Source: Deltaproteobacteria bacterium (GTDB lineage: Bacteria > Myxococcota > Kuafuiibacteriia > Kuafuiibacteriales > Kuafuiibacteriaceae). Taken from it: DNA of 64,000 nucleotides. Every line of letters starts with the position of its first letter. Position 1 is the first letter of the stretch. Location of the stretch: the NCBI GenBank assembly GCA_040218735.1, contig JAVJQW010000062.1, forward strand, positions 128,001 to 192,000, read 5' to 3'. Shown here one piece after another: positions 1 through 9,731 of this stretch. The position numbers were made by a program, and so were the translations under genes. Below the pieces are notes generated by a model, which had not been told where the DNA came from, searched no databases, and was given only the letters and a program-made list of their open reading frames with translations.

Positions 1-319
1 TCCCGCCGATCGCGTCGCCGTGCACGAAGACCTCGTAGTCCTCGGGCATCACCTTGAGCGCCTTCCAGTAGAAGGTGATCGTCACCCGCGTCCCCGGCGT
101 CGGGTTCGGCGGATCGAGCCGGTACCCGGCGAGCTCCGCCCAGTCCCCGAACACCGCCCCGATCGGCTGCGCTCCGTCGGGGAGCGCGTCGAACAGCAGC
201 TCGCCGCGCAGACCGTCGCGCGGGAACTCCTCCCGCCGCTCCTTCACGGACTGGGGGTTCGGCAGGCACGCGAGGAGCCCGGCGGCCAGCACACCAGCGA
301 CGACGCGGAGGCGCTTCAC
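1..319 (-). CDS. Lipoprotein with Ig-like domain (3' end runs off the window)
   Basis: Not in the ORF track. GTG at 319 reads MKRLRVVAGVLAAGLLAC (lipobox) LPNPQ...ELAGYRLDPPNPTPGTRVTITFYWKAL...DYEVFVH. It starts 3 nt after the stop of the OmpA/MotB gene. Confidence 0.75.
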   Translation of the reverse strand, partial: MKRLRVVAGVLAAGLLACLPNPQSVKERREEFPRDGLRGELLFDALPDGAQPIGAVFGDWAELAGYRLDPPNPTPGTRVTITFYWKALKVMPEDYEVFVHGDAIGG

Positions 320-322
320 GAC

Positions 323-1159
323 CTACAGCGCGACCTTTTCGATCTTCGGCAGCAGGATGATCTCGAGGCGACGGTTCTTCGCCCGCCCCTCCTCGGTCTC
401 GTTGCTCTCGATCGGATCGTGCTCCCCGAAGCCCGCCGCGGCGAGCTGGTCCGGGTTGACCCCGTTGTCGATCATCAGCTGCACGACCTCCACGGCGCGC
501 GCCGTGGACAGGCCCCAGTTGTTCTTGAAGCGGCTCTTGCGGCCGAGCGGCACGTTGTCGGTGTGCCCGGCGATCAGGAACTCGCGGTCCTTCACGTCCT
601 TGAGCACCGCGGCGACCGACTGCAGGGCCTCCTTACCGTCCTTCTTCAGGCGCTGGCTTCCGCTCGGGAAGAGGATGTTGTCCGGCAGCTTCAGGTTGAT
701 GCGGCCCTTGCGCATCACGACCTCGAGCTGCCCCGCGTCGACCATCGACTTGAGCTTCTGGGCGATCGCGCGGAACTGCGCCGCCTCCTTCTCCGCCTCG
801 GCGCGCAGCTTGCGCAGCTGCTCGACCTCCGCCGTCGTCGCGGCGAGGTCCGTCTTCGTCGCCGCGAGGTCCGCGACGCGATCCCCGAGGTCCGCGCGCA
901 CCCGCGCGAGGTCACCACCGAGCTTCTTCACCTCGCTCTCGAGGCCCTTGATCATCTGATCCTTCGAATCGATGACTTCCTTCTTCTTCGCAGCCTCGTC
1001 GTCCGACGCGGCCTGCATCTTCTTCATCTTGGCGTCGTACTCGGCCTTTTGAGCGTCGAGCGCCTGCTGGACCTTCTGGTCGTGCTCCTCCTGGGAGATG
1101 CCGCACGACACGACGAAGGCGAGCGAGAGAACCGTAAGGGGCAATCGAATGTGCTTCAC
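323..1159 (-). CDS. OmpA/MotB-family peptidoglycan-binding lipoprotein with coiled coil
   Basis: Lipobox FVVSC, long coiled coil, then LF.SGS, IAGHTDNVP, NWGLSTARA, GFGEHDP and NRRLEI OmpA-C motifs. Start reassigned to GTG 1159. Confidence 0.9.
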   Translation of the reverse strand: MKHIRLPLTVLSLAFVVSCGISQEEHDQKVQQALDAQKAEYDAKMKKMQAASDDEAAKKKEVIDSKDQMIKGLESEVKKLGGDLARVRADLGDRVADLAATKTDLAATTAEVEQLRKLRAEAEKEAAQFRAIAQKLKSMVDAGQLEVVMRKGRINLKLPDNILFPSGSQRLKKDGKEALQSVAAVLKDVKDREFLIAGHTDNVPLGRKSRFKNNWGLSTARAVEVVQLMIDNGVNPDQLAAAGFGEHDPIESNETEEGRAKNRRLEIILLPKIEKVAL

Positions 1160-1215
1160 GACGGCGAGCCTTCTCGCGCGAATTACGGTGCGAAAGCAAG
1201 CGAACGTTCGGGGCC

Positions 1216-1767
1216 TCAACGGGTCGAGACGTCCACCACGAGATCGCGCGCCGTCACGCGACCCGGCGCGATCTCCACCTCGCACGTGCCTTCGATCGTG
1301 ACGATTCCGCACACCGCGCAGACGTCGTCCGCGGTGACGAACACCGAATAGAAGCCCGCGTCCAACGTCGCCACCACTTCGCCGAGCGCCTCGGACGACG
1401 TGACCTCCAACGCCGCGCGTTCGGACAGCTCGGCGACAGCGTACCCACCGTCGCAGCCGTCGCCGACCGGGACGCTCTGGTTCACGTCCAACACGAACAC
1501 CCGCATCGGGCGCCGCTCCCGCGCGCACGCCGGCATCGTCACCACCTCACAGGACGCGGTGTCGACCCCGCCCTGCGACGCCGACGGTCGGCAGTCGCCG
1601 TAGACGTACGTCGTGCTGAGCGCGATGCCGGTCGAGACCGACGCGTCGATCTTGCGCGCCCGCGCCTCCGTCATGGGCACCGGCGTCGGCGGCGTCGGAC
1701 AGCCCGCTCCGCAGTCCCCGTGCAGGTTGGCGAGCGCGACCAGCACAAACGCCGCGCGCGATCTCAT
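1216..1767 (-). CDS. Hypothetical exported Cys-containing protein
   Basis: ATG at 1767 overlaps the M6 protease stop (ATGA). Hydrophobic N-terminus and paired cysteines. Confidence 0.65.
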   Translation of the reverse strand: MRSRAAFVLVALANLHGDCGAGCPTPPTPVPMTEARARKIDASVSTGIALSTTYVYGDCRPSASQGGVDTASCEVVTMPACARERRPMRVFVLDVNQSVPVGDGCDGGYAVAELSERAALEVTSSEALGEVVATLDAGFYSVFVTADDVCAVCGIVTIEGTCEVEIAPGRVTARDLVVDVSTR

Positions 1768-4271
1768 TCGACGTCCTTGGTGTCCTCGTTCAGAAACTGC
1801 AGCAGGTCCATGTCCACGCGACGTTCCTTCTTGCCCTGACCGCGCTCCTCGATCGCCTTCACCGGCGGCGCTTCGGGTTTCTTCCCGGACGCGAGGGCCT
1901 CGTCGATGCGCTGATTCCACCACGCTTGCGTCTCGGCGTCGAACGCCTTCGCCGCGCGCTCCTTGGCCGTGGCGAGGTTCGGCTTCGCGGCGTCACGCTG
2001 GTCGAGCGCGATCTGCGCGCGCGCCATCCAGTACAGGTTCTCGACGGTGCGGTCCCAGCGCTTCAGCCGTTCGTTGATCGCGAGCGAGCGCTTCGCCTCC
2101 GTCACCGTTCGTTCGTGCTGCTTCGCCGCGAACGCCGCCTCCGCGATGTTCTCGTAGACGTCCGCCGCGTTCTTCGCGTCGCTCGCCGCCTCGGCCCGTC
2201 GAAGCGCGCGCTCGAACGACTCGATCGCCTCCGGGTACCGACCGAGCCGGTACGCCGCCACACCCATCGCGTTCACCACGACCGGGATCCACGTCTCGTA
2301 GCGACGCGGCTCCTGCTCCATCTCCGAGAGCAGGCGCGCGTACGTCCCGAGCGCCTCTTCGAGCTTGCCGTCGTCCGCCGCCTTGTCCGCCGCGACCAAC
2401 AGCTGCACACGCACGTCGGAGTCCGACGCTCGCGGCTCGGGCAGCGCGACGTGGTCGAGGTACCCGAACCCGCTCACGCGCAGCACGAAGTCCGACGCTG
2501 GCGTCCGGCCCTGGTCGCGGAAGTTGAACTCCGACTCGAGCTTCTTCTTCACCGACCGCCGAAAACGCGCGCGCTTCGTCGTCGAGAACGGATTCATCGC
2601 CGCGTAGACCTTGCCGTCGCTGATCGCCGACACCCAGACCGTCTGGTGCGCGTCGAGCGCCAAGCCCTTGTCGCCCTTCCCCACGCGTCCGCGCGCCCAC
2701 GTGTATCCCGCGTCGGGGAGCGTCACGCGCACCCGGGTCTCGGCGAGCTGCTTGCCCGGCTTGCCGTTGGCGTCCGCGTACAGCCGCAGCCGCACCGTCC
2801 CGCGCTGGCGAGGTCGGCCCGCGATGAACGCTTCGAGCGCGTACGCGCGGTACCCGCCGGGCGTCGCCTCCAGCTGCATCAACACCTCGGAGCCCGCGCC
2901 GAGGGGCACGGTGGAGAACCGACCGTACTGATAGCCGTCCTTCATCAGCGTGTACGGCACGCCGCCCGGGTCGAAGATCGTCGGACGCACCACGTCGACG
3001 TGCATCACCGACTCCGGCGGTCCGATTACACTCAAACGAATCTGCGAAGGCTGCCCGTCGTTGCCGCGCGCGCTCGGGTTGGTGTCGTCGGAGAGCACCG
3101 CCGGCCCGCGCCCGGAGAAGACGTCCGGCAGGTACTTCGGCGCGGCGGTGCGGTCGAGGCGATCCAGATCCTGGTCGCGCGACGCTTCGACGACGTCGAC
3201 CATCTTGCGCCGCTCGTCGTCGTTGTCACCCTTGCTCTCGTCGATGTGCCAGACGAGGAGCCCCTCCGCGGGGAGCTCGGTGTCGAAGCCCACGCGGCGC
3301 CGGTTCTCCACGAGGAAGTACTCCGGCGAGTCGATCGATCCGATCGGGATCCGCAGCGCAAACGAACGCTCCGACGCCGACGGGATCGCGAAGTTCTGCA
3401 CCGGCCGTGAGATCACGGTGGGCTGGATCCAACCGAGGCGCGCCTTCGCCCACGCCGAGAAGTGCAGCGGTCGCTCGGCGTCGCCCGCCCAGCTCCCCGA
3501 CGCCATCGTGCACCACTGCCCCGCGCCGTGGCTGGAGTAGTCGCGGTCGTACAGGTCCGGCAGCCCGAGGTCGTGCCCGAACTCGTGGACGTACACGCCG
3601 AGCCGCGCGGCGTGGTTCATCACCGTGTAACTCGCGACGCGCAGCCCGCCGGGCAGGTCGACTTGAATCGATCCGCGGTGCGGCCAGATCGGCGAGAAGC
3701 CGTCGAAGCGCCCGGTCTTCTCCGCGTAGATCACCATGACGTGGTCGACGATGCCGTCCTTGCGCGGCCGACCGTGCACGTCGTGGGTGTCGTAGGCCTT
3801 CAGGTCCGTCTTGCGCGCGGCCTGTTTCATCGCCGCCTCGATCAGCTTGTGGACGCCGCGCGGGTCGCCGCCGGTCTGGCTGTACGCGTAGTCCGTCATC
3901 CGGCCCGGCACACGCAGCGGACCGACGACCTCACCCACCAGATCGAACGCGCCGTAGCTGTTCTCCTTGTAGTACTCGCGCATCGACGACGCCGACGTCC
4001 CGAACACCAGGCGCTCGTAGCGCGCGGGGGTGTAACGCTGAGGCCACGGCGAGTCGGCGGTCTCGGCGAGGACGACCAGCAGCCGATGTTTTCCGGACAG
4101 CGCGACGGCCGGCGGCGGCGCGGTCGTGGAGATCGGCTTCACTTCAGTGATCCGCCGGACCTTCACGTTGACGATCGAGTCCTTCGCCTTCCCCGCCTCG
4201 AACCGCGGCGGCATCGCGTGGGCTGCGCTCGCGGTGAGGAGGAAGATCAGGGCTGGCGCAGAACGGAGCAT
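1764..4271 (-). CDS. M6 family (immune inhibitor A-like) metalloprotease with C-terminal TPR region
   Basis: Signal peptide (ASAAHA), YYKENSYG, HEFGHDLGLPDLYD zinc motif, WCTMASGSW Met-turn, EYFLVENR, GLLVWHIDE. TPR-like helices follow. Confidence 0.9.
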   Translation of the reverse strand: MLRSAPALIFLLTASAAHAMPPRFEAGKAKDSIVNVKVRRITEVKPISTTAPPPAVALSGKHRLLVVLAETADSPWPQRYTPARYERLVFGTSASSMREYYKENSYGAFDLVGEVVGPLRVPGRMTDYAYSQTGGDPRGVHKLIEAAMKQAARKTDLKAYDTHDVHGRPRKDGIVDHVMVIYAEKTGRFDGFSPIWPHRGSIQVDLPGGLRVASYTVMNHAARLGVYVHEFGHDLGLPDLYDRDYSSHGAGQWCTMASGSWAGDAERPLHFSAWAKARLGWIQPTVISRPVQNFAIPSASERSFALRIPIGSIDSPEYFLVENRRRVGFDTELPAEGLLVWHIDESKGDNDDERRKMVDVVEASRDQDLDRLDRTAAPKYLPDVFSGRGPAVLSDDTNPSARGNDGQPSQIRLSVIGPPESVMHVDVVRPTIFDPGGVPYTLMKDGYQYGRFSTVPLGAGSEVLMQLEATPGGYRAYALEAFIAGRPRQRGTVRLRLYADANGKPGKQLAETRVRVTLPDAGYTWARGRVGKGDKGLALDAHQTVWVSAISDGKVYAAMNPFSTTKRARFRRSVKKKLESEFNFRDQGRTPASDFVLRVSGFGYLDHVALPEPRASDSDVRVQLLVAADKAADDGKLEEALGTYARLLSEMEQEPRRYETWIPVVVNAMGVAAYRLGRYPEAIESFERALRRAEAASDAKNAADVYENIAEAAFAAKQHERTVTEAKRSLAINERLKRWDRTVENLYWMARAQIALDQRDAAKPNLATAKERAAKAFDAETQAWWNQRIDEALASGKKPEAPPVKAIEERGQGKKERRVDMDLLQFLNEDTKDVE

Positions 4272-4340
4272 GGCCGGTCGAATGTAGCGGGACGTCGAGG
4301 GCGAGGCCACGGGGTGAGGGACCGCACGTCCCGCCGGTGT

Positions 4341-6353
4341 CTACTCCAGGATCTCGTCCACGCGATCGGTCGCCTTGCCGCCCGTCCCCAGCGAACCGTC
4401 GAGCGAGCGGATGTCCGCCTGCGTGATGTCGACATTCGGGACCAGCAGCTCCCGCTGCACCTCACGCGCGATGCGCCGCCCGATCGCGTCGGGTGTATCA
4501 CTCCGCCCCGCAGGGATCGGCACCATCGCGAGCGTGCTGCCGTCCGGCGCGACGAGGTCTACGCGGGTCTCGCCGACCCGCAACACAAAGCCCCACGGCG
4601 CCTCGTCGAACAGCGGCGAGTCTTCGAGCCGATCGATCGCGGCATCCACACCGGGGGTGTCCCCCGCGGGCTCGATCCGGACCGGCAGCGTCATCCCCAT
4701 CCGTCGAATGATCTGCGGGTCACTCGACAGCACGACGCGCAGGTAACCCAACGCATCCTCGAAGCGCTGCTCCTCGCGCGCCGCCGCCTGCGCCACCGCA
4801 GCGACCCGCGCGCGCAGCAACGCCTCCGACGGCGGCAGGACGTCCAACGCCTCCTTCGCCAGCGTGAGCGCCTCCTCCTCGTCACCCGCGAGGAAGGCCG
4901 CCTCGGTCTCGAGCGAGAGGAAGATCTGATCGGCGTACTTCGCGTCGAGCGTCTCTTCGGCGCGCGCCTCCTTCAGCGCAGCACGCGCGACCCCCGGGCC
5001 CACGATCTCGATCACCTCGGCGTCGAGCCACGCCGGCATCTCCAGGGAGCCGGGCACCTCCGGACGCAGCGAGGTCACCAGGCGTTCTCGGTCCGCGAGC
5101 ACCTCCGCCGCCGTGCGGGTCACGACCCACGCGCGGAACCGGAGCATCAGCGCGTCGACGCGGAGGCCGATCGCCTCCTTCCACTCCGAGGCCGCGGCCT
5201 CCTCCTCCAGGCGCCGCGCCGCGGTCAGCTTCGCGACCCGATCCGTGATGGCCGCGCCGCCCTCGTTCTGCTCGGTCGCCGCGCTCGACGTGCCCTGACG
5301 GTCCGGCCGATTGACGGTGCGCGCGGTGATGCGCTCGGCCTCGGTCGGCTTCCCCGCGATGAGCAACACCGACGCGCCGATCAGATCCGCCTCCGACTGA
5401 TCCTGCTGGTCGAGGTACGAGCCGGGACGCGACGCCCGGTACCGGCGCATCTCGCGCCACGACGAAACCGCCTCCGCGAAGCGCCCCTGGCGCAGGTACA
5501 GCCGCACCAGCCGGCCCCACGGGTTCACGGAGCCCTCCGGGGGTCGTCGCGCGGACTCCAGGAAGTACCGCTCCGCCTCGTCGAACCGGAACATCTCCTC
5601 CGACGCGGCCCCCGCGTTCGACAGCTCGATCGCACCGTCGCGACCGGAGCGCATCACGCGCTGCGCTGCGCCCGTGCATGCCTCGTACGCGGCGTCGCGT
5701 TTGCGCTGCTCACTCTCGACCGCACACAGCGCGGTCATCCCCACGGCGCGGTACCACGGCTCCTCGTGGTTGGTCGCGCGCTCGGCGATCTGTTTGGCCT
5801 CTTCGTAGCGCCCGAGCTTCAACAGCGGCCACGCCTTGAGCGGCTCGTAGTCGATCTCCAGCCGCCGGTTCAGCTTGTCGACGTACGCGATCTTCTGCTC
5901 GTGGTGATCCATCTCCCCGTGCACGTAGATGAGCTCGCTCATCGTGCGGTGGAAGACACGCCACAGGGTCCCCTCCATCGCGGGGCGCTCGCCGAAGCGA
6001 TCGATGAAGACCTGCTCGGCGTGGTTCAGGTGGAACAGCGCCTTCGGCAGGTTCCCCTCGCCGAGGTGTTGGGCGAGCCCCATCAGGTAGTTCCCGCGGA
6101 TCGAGTCGGCGTCGCGGTTCAGCACCTCGTTCGCGAGGGTGCGAGTGGTGACGTACTCCCGGCGCTGCGCCGCGCAGTACGCGCCGCGTTCGAGGTCCGT
6201 CCCGCCGAACATCTCGGAGCCGCGGCAGTCCGGCTCGTAGTCCGGAAGGTGTTTCTTCTTCGGTTTCGGCTCGGGGGTGTCGACGGGCGCGGCCGGCTCG
6301 GTCAGGGGCGACTGCGCGACGAAGAGCGCGAGGACGTACGGGAGCGCGCTCAT
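4341..6353 (-). CDS. Exported TPR-repeat protein
   Basis: 670-aa ORF with signal-like N-terminus, helical TPR-like repeats (LLKLGRYEEAKQIA, LYLRQGRFAEAV) and a purine-rich RBS (GGGAGAGG). Confidence 0.75.
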   Translation of the reverse strand: MSALPYVLALFVAQSPLTEPAAPVDTPEPKPKKKHLPDYEPDCRGSEMFGGTDLERGAYCAAQRREYVTTRTLANEVLNRDADSIRGNYLMGLAQHLGEGNLPKALFHLNHAEQVFIDRFGERPAMEGTLWRVFHRTMSELIYVHGEMDHHEQKIAYVDKLNRRLEIDYEPLKAWPLLKLGRYEEAKQIAERATNHEEPWYRAVGMTALCAVESEQRKRDAAYEACTGAAQRVMRSGRDGAIELSNAGAASEEMFRFDEAERYFLESARRPPEGSVNPWGRLVRLYLRQGRFAEAVSSWREMRRYRASRPGSYLDQQDQSEADLIGASVLLIAGKPTEAERITARTVNRPDRQGTSSAATEQNEGGAAITDRVAKLTAARRLEEEAAASEWKEAIGLRVDALMLRFRAWVVTRTAAEVLADRERLVTSLRPEVPGSLEMPAWLDAEVIEIVGPGVARAALKEARAEETLDAKYADQIFLSLETEAAFLAGDEEEALTLAKEALDVLPPSEALLRARVAAVAQAAAREEQRFEDALGYLRVVLSSDPQIIRRMGMTLPVRIEPAGDTPGVDAAIDRLEDSPLFDEAPWGFVLRVGETRVDLVAPDGSTLAMVPIPAGRSDTPDAIGRRIAREVQRELLVPNVDITQADIRSLDGSLGTGGKATDRVDEILE

Positions 6354-6525
6354 ACCTCTCCCTTCCCTGACAACCGTCCGGGCGCCGCGATTCCGAAGAG
6401 TTCCACCGCGCGTTCATTTCTACCGCGGACGCACCGTTCGACGAAAGATGCCTCCAGGGTCATCGCTCCGGCCACGGCCCGGACGCGCGCGCGCTCGACG
6501 CGCGAATCTCCCGGCGATCGCAGGC

Positions 6526-7569
6526 CTACTCGCCCTGGAGCGTGACGCGCGCGACGCGCTCGAGCGGTCCGGCCATCGCGGCGTGGACGACCTCGTCCAC
6601 GTCCGCGCCGCCGGCGCCCAGCTCCACGCGGTGCCCGAAGACGTGCGGCAACAGCGCCGCGAGATCCTCGGAGCTGACGTAGTCGCGCCCGTAGAGCATC
6701 GCGCGCGTCTGGAGCGCCGGCACCGCGAGCACGAGCGCGCGTGTCGAGACACCTTGGAGGACGCGCCGGTCCTCGCGAATCGCGGTGGCGATGTCTACGA
6801 GCGCCTCCTGGATCAGCGGGTGCACGCGCACGCGATCCTCGATCGTCTGGCGCGCGCGGATGATCTCGTCGCGGCTCACCGGCGGCATCGAGCGCGACGC
6901 GCCCGCCTTGCGCTCCGCGATGCTGCGCAACACGTCGAGCTCCGCGCCGCGATCGATGTGTGTCATGCGGATCTTGAAGAGGAAGCGATCGAGCTGCGCG
7001 ACCGGGAGCGGATACGTGCCGGCGAGGTCGAGCGGGTTCTGCGTCGCGATGACGAAGAACAGCTCGTCGAGGCGCCGCGTCCGATTGTCGACGGTGACCT
7101 GCTTCTCGGCCATCGCCTCCAACATCGCGGACTGCACCTTCGGCGAGGTCCGGTTGATCTCGTCCGCGAGCACCACGTGCGCGAACACGGGCCCCGGCCG
7201 GAACGTGAACGACCCGGAGTTCGGCTCGAAGATCGTCGTCCCCATGACGTCCGACGGCAGCAGGTCCGGCGTGAACTGGATGCGACGGAACGGCTCGATG
7301 ACGCCGCGCTCCTCGTCGGAGCGGGTGTCGACGATCGCCTCGCCGAGTGTCTTCGCGAGCGTCGTCTTGCCGGAGCCCGGGAAGTCTTCGAGCAGGATGT
7401 GCCCGTCCGCGAAGAGCGCGTTGAGCACCAGCTCGATGACGTCGTCGCGCCCGCGCACGGCGGAGCGCACGCGGTCGAACAATCGACGCGCCACTTCGTG
7501 ACAGGCGTCGAGCCCGAACGTCTGCGCCGCTGGGGGCGCCGATTGTAGAGGAGTCGTTTCGATTTCCAC
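6526..7569 (-). CDS. moxR: MoxR-family AAA+ ATPase
   Basis: GHILLEDFPGSGKT, RIQFTPDLLPSD, LADEINRTSPKVQSAMLEAM, ATQNP, GTYPLPVAQLDRF. Confidence 0.95.
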   Translation of the reverse strand: MEIETTPLQSAPPAAQTFGLDACHEVARRLFDRVRSAVRGRDDVIELVLNALFADGHILLEDFPGSGKTTLAKTLGEAIVDTRSDEERGVIEPFRRIQFTPDLLPSDVMGTTIFEPNSGSFTFRPGPVFAHVVLADEINRTSPKVQSAMLEAMAEKQVTVDNRTRRLDELFFVIATQNPLDLAGTYPLPVAQLDRFLFKIRMTHIDRGAELDVLRSIAERKAGASRSMPPVSRDEIIRARQTIEDRVRVHPLIQEALVDIATAIREDRRVLQGVSTRALVLAVPALQTRAMLYGRDYVSSEDLAALLPHVFGHRVELGAGGADVDEVVHAAMAGPLERVARVTLQGE

Positions 7570-7577
7570 GGTTCAGT

Positions 7578-9731
7578 TCACCTCGACCACCACCACGCGA
7601 TGGGGTTCAGCCCGCCGAGCAACCAACGCCACCACGGCGTCGACTGCCGGACCTCGCGCCCCACGTCGGACGACAGCGAACGGACGCTGCGCCCCTTCCC
7701 CGCGGCGAGCGGTGCACGCGAGCCCAGCGCGGTGCCGACGTGCACGCCGGTCAGCGCTTCCAGGCTCGGAGCGATCGTTTCGATGCGTCTTGCGAAGCGC
7801 TCGGGGGGCTCGCCGCGACGACGCGCGTGGCCGACCGCCGAGCATCGATCCAGCGCGGCGCGGTACGCCAGACGCGCCGCCTTCTTCTCGGACGCCAACA
7901 TCGGCACCACGAGCCGCCACAGCTTCACGCCGTACGCGAGCAGCACGAGCACCAGCACGAAGTACGGGACGGCCGCCCACACCTTCTCGAGGAGCTCGCC
8001 GAGCTTCGGCCCCGAGTAGGAGGCGCGCTCGGTGCGGCCCTCCTTGCGCGCCATCTCTCCGAGGAGCTGCTGAAGGTCCTTCTCCTGGAACGGCGACGGC
8101 TCCACGTCCGTCTTCTCGGGGGTCACCTCGATCGGGATCCAGCCGACCCCCTCCAGATAGATCTCTGCCCACGCGTGCGCGTCGCCGCTCTTGATCAGGA
8201 GCGCCGATCCCCCGGCGAGGTTTTCGGCGGGAACGCCGTACCCCGCCGACACCCGCGCGGGCACGCCGAGCGCGCGCACGAGGTACGCCTCGGCGTGCGC
8301 GAGGTGGACGCAGTAGCCGCGTTTGTCCTCGGAGAAGAGGAAGTCCGCGGTCGGGTCGTCGGAGCCCGCGTACTTGTTCTTGAACGAGTACGTCGCGTTC
8401 TTCTCCAGGTAGCGCTTCACGACGAACGCCAACGCGAGCGGGTCCGACTTCAGATCCGGTCGCAGCTGCGACTGCAGCTCACGCGCGAGCTCGTGGTAGC
8501 GCTCGTCGTGCGGCGCCTCGGTGTAGTGGGCCCAGATCTCGTCGCTCCAGTCCGGCGACCCCGGCGCCATGCCGATGAAGGCTTCGTAGTCCTCGGTGAG
8601 CACCTGCGAGACGACGCGATACGCGCGGCGGAAACGCGCCGGCTCCGGGTTCGGCATCGGCGCGACCTCCGTCGCGTCCGTCAGCGCGAACATCCGGCTG
8701 TGCGGCGTGAGGAGCGCGACGTCGGTCGCGACCTCGGTGCGTCCGTCACCGTCGTTGTGCACGCCCGGCACCGGCCGGGTCTCGAACGGGAAGTCGTGCC
8801 GTGCGTCTTCGCCGACGCCAGCGAGCGTCGATTCGATCAGCCGCGCCCCGTTGAACTGCGAGAACGCGCCGTGCCGGAAGTAGAAGATGCCGCTCGACGG
8901 GGTGACGTCGCGGTGGAAGACGACGATCGCGGACGGCTTGCTCTTCTCCTGCTGGCCGCCCTGCGGGAGGTCGTCCTCCTTCTTGTCGTTTTTGTTCTGG
9001 CCGGAGCCCTGCCCGCCCCCCTGACCGTTGCGTTTGTCGTCCTTGTTCTTCTCGAGGTTCTGCCCGACCGCGTTCTTGGCCGGCGTGACGGAGTCGGTGC
9101 CGTGGATCCGCGAAGCGAGGAAGAAGCCGAGGAGCAGGACCAACAGCAGCTGCACGAGCGTGCGTCGTTTGGAGCGACCGTACGCGAGCACCCCCGCGAG
9201 GAGCACGGCGCCGCCGAGGCCCACACCGAGGAACGCGATCACCGGGTCGATCCCCTGGCGCCAGAACCAGTCGGAGATCTCGAGCGGGCGCGCGATCATG
9301 CCGTCGCGGTGCGCTGCGATCGTGGTGACCACCGCGAGCACGACGATCGATCCTTCGAGCGCGAGCGCCGCCCTGAACCGCACCGCCGCTGCACGCAGCG
9401 CCGTCGCGAACCCCCACGTGAGCGTGCCCCACCGCAGCACCTCACCGAGGCGTAACGCGAGCGTCGGCGAGGCGGCGACCGCGATGGCCTCGGAGCCGAG
9501 GAACCACGACGTCACCAGCGCACCGAACCCGACGATGCCCAGGCCCACCGCGAGGATGACCCAGGTGCGGTAACGCAGGCGGAGGAGCCGCGCCGCGAGG
9601 AGCGTCCCGAACACGGCGCCCACGGCGCCCGCGATGAGGCCGGGCGTCAGCGCGATGCGGTGCGCGGCGACCGCGAACGCCGTCGCGAGGAGCAGCCCGT
9701 GGAACAGCTCGGTGGACTTCGACGTCTTCAT
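7578..9731 (-). CDS. Membrane-anchored transglutaminase-like protein (TgpA-like)
   Basis: Multiple N-terminal TM helices; GYCVHLA, LGVPARVSAGY and AHAWAEIYLEGVGWIPIEVTP give the Cys-His-acid triad; a further TM follows. Confidence 0.88.
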   Translation of the reverse strand: MKTSKSTELFHGLLLATAFAVAAHRIALTPGLIAGAVGAVFGTLLAARLLRLRYRTWVILAVGLGIVGFGALVTSWFLGSEAIAVAASPTLALRLGEVLRWGTLTWGFATALRAAAVRFRAALALEGSIVVLAVVTTIAAHRDGMIARPLEISDWFWRQGIDPVIAFLGVGLGGAVLLAGVLAYGRSKRRTLVQLLLVLLLGFFLASRIHGTDSVTPAKNAVGQNLEKNKDDKRNGQGGGQGSGQNKNDKKEDDLPQGGQQEKSKPSAIVVFHRDVTPSSGIFYFRHGAFSQFNGARLIESTLAGVGEDARHDFPFETRPVPGVHNDGDGRTEVATDVALLTPHSRMFALTDATEVAPMPNPEPARFRRAYRVVSQVLTEDYEAFIGMAPGSPDWSDEIWAHYTEAPHDERYHELARELQSQLRPDLKSDPLALAFVVKRYLEKNATYSFKNKYAGSDDPTADFLFSEDKRGYCVHLAHAEAYLVRALGVPARVSAGYGVPAENLAGGSALLIKSGDAHAWAEIYLEGVGWIPIEVTPEKTDVEPSPFQEKDLQQLLGEMARKEGRTERASYSGPKLGELLEKVWAAVPYFVLVLVLLAYGVKLWRLVVPMLASEKKAARLAYRAALDRCSAVGHARRRGEPPERFARRIETIAPSLEALTGVHVGTALGSRAPLAAGKGRSVRSLSSDVGREVRQSTPWWRWLLGGLNPIAWWWSR

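Noticed and set aside
3462-6545. Very long antisense or alternate-frame ORFs (e.g. 3462-6545, 38078-41359 part, 46396-48444)
   Set aside because: Arg/Ala/Pro-rich shadow frames of real genes, expected in high-GC DNA; no motifs.
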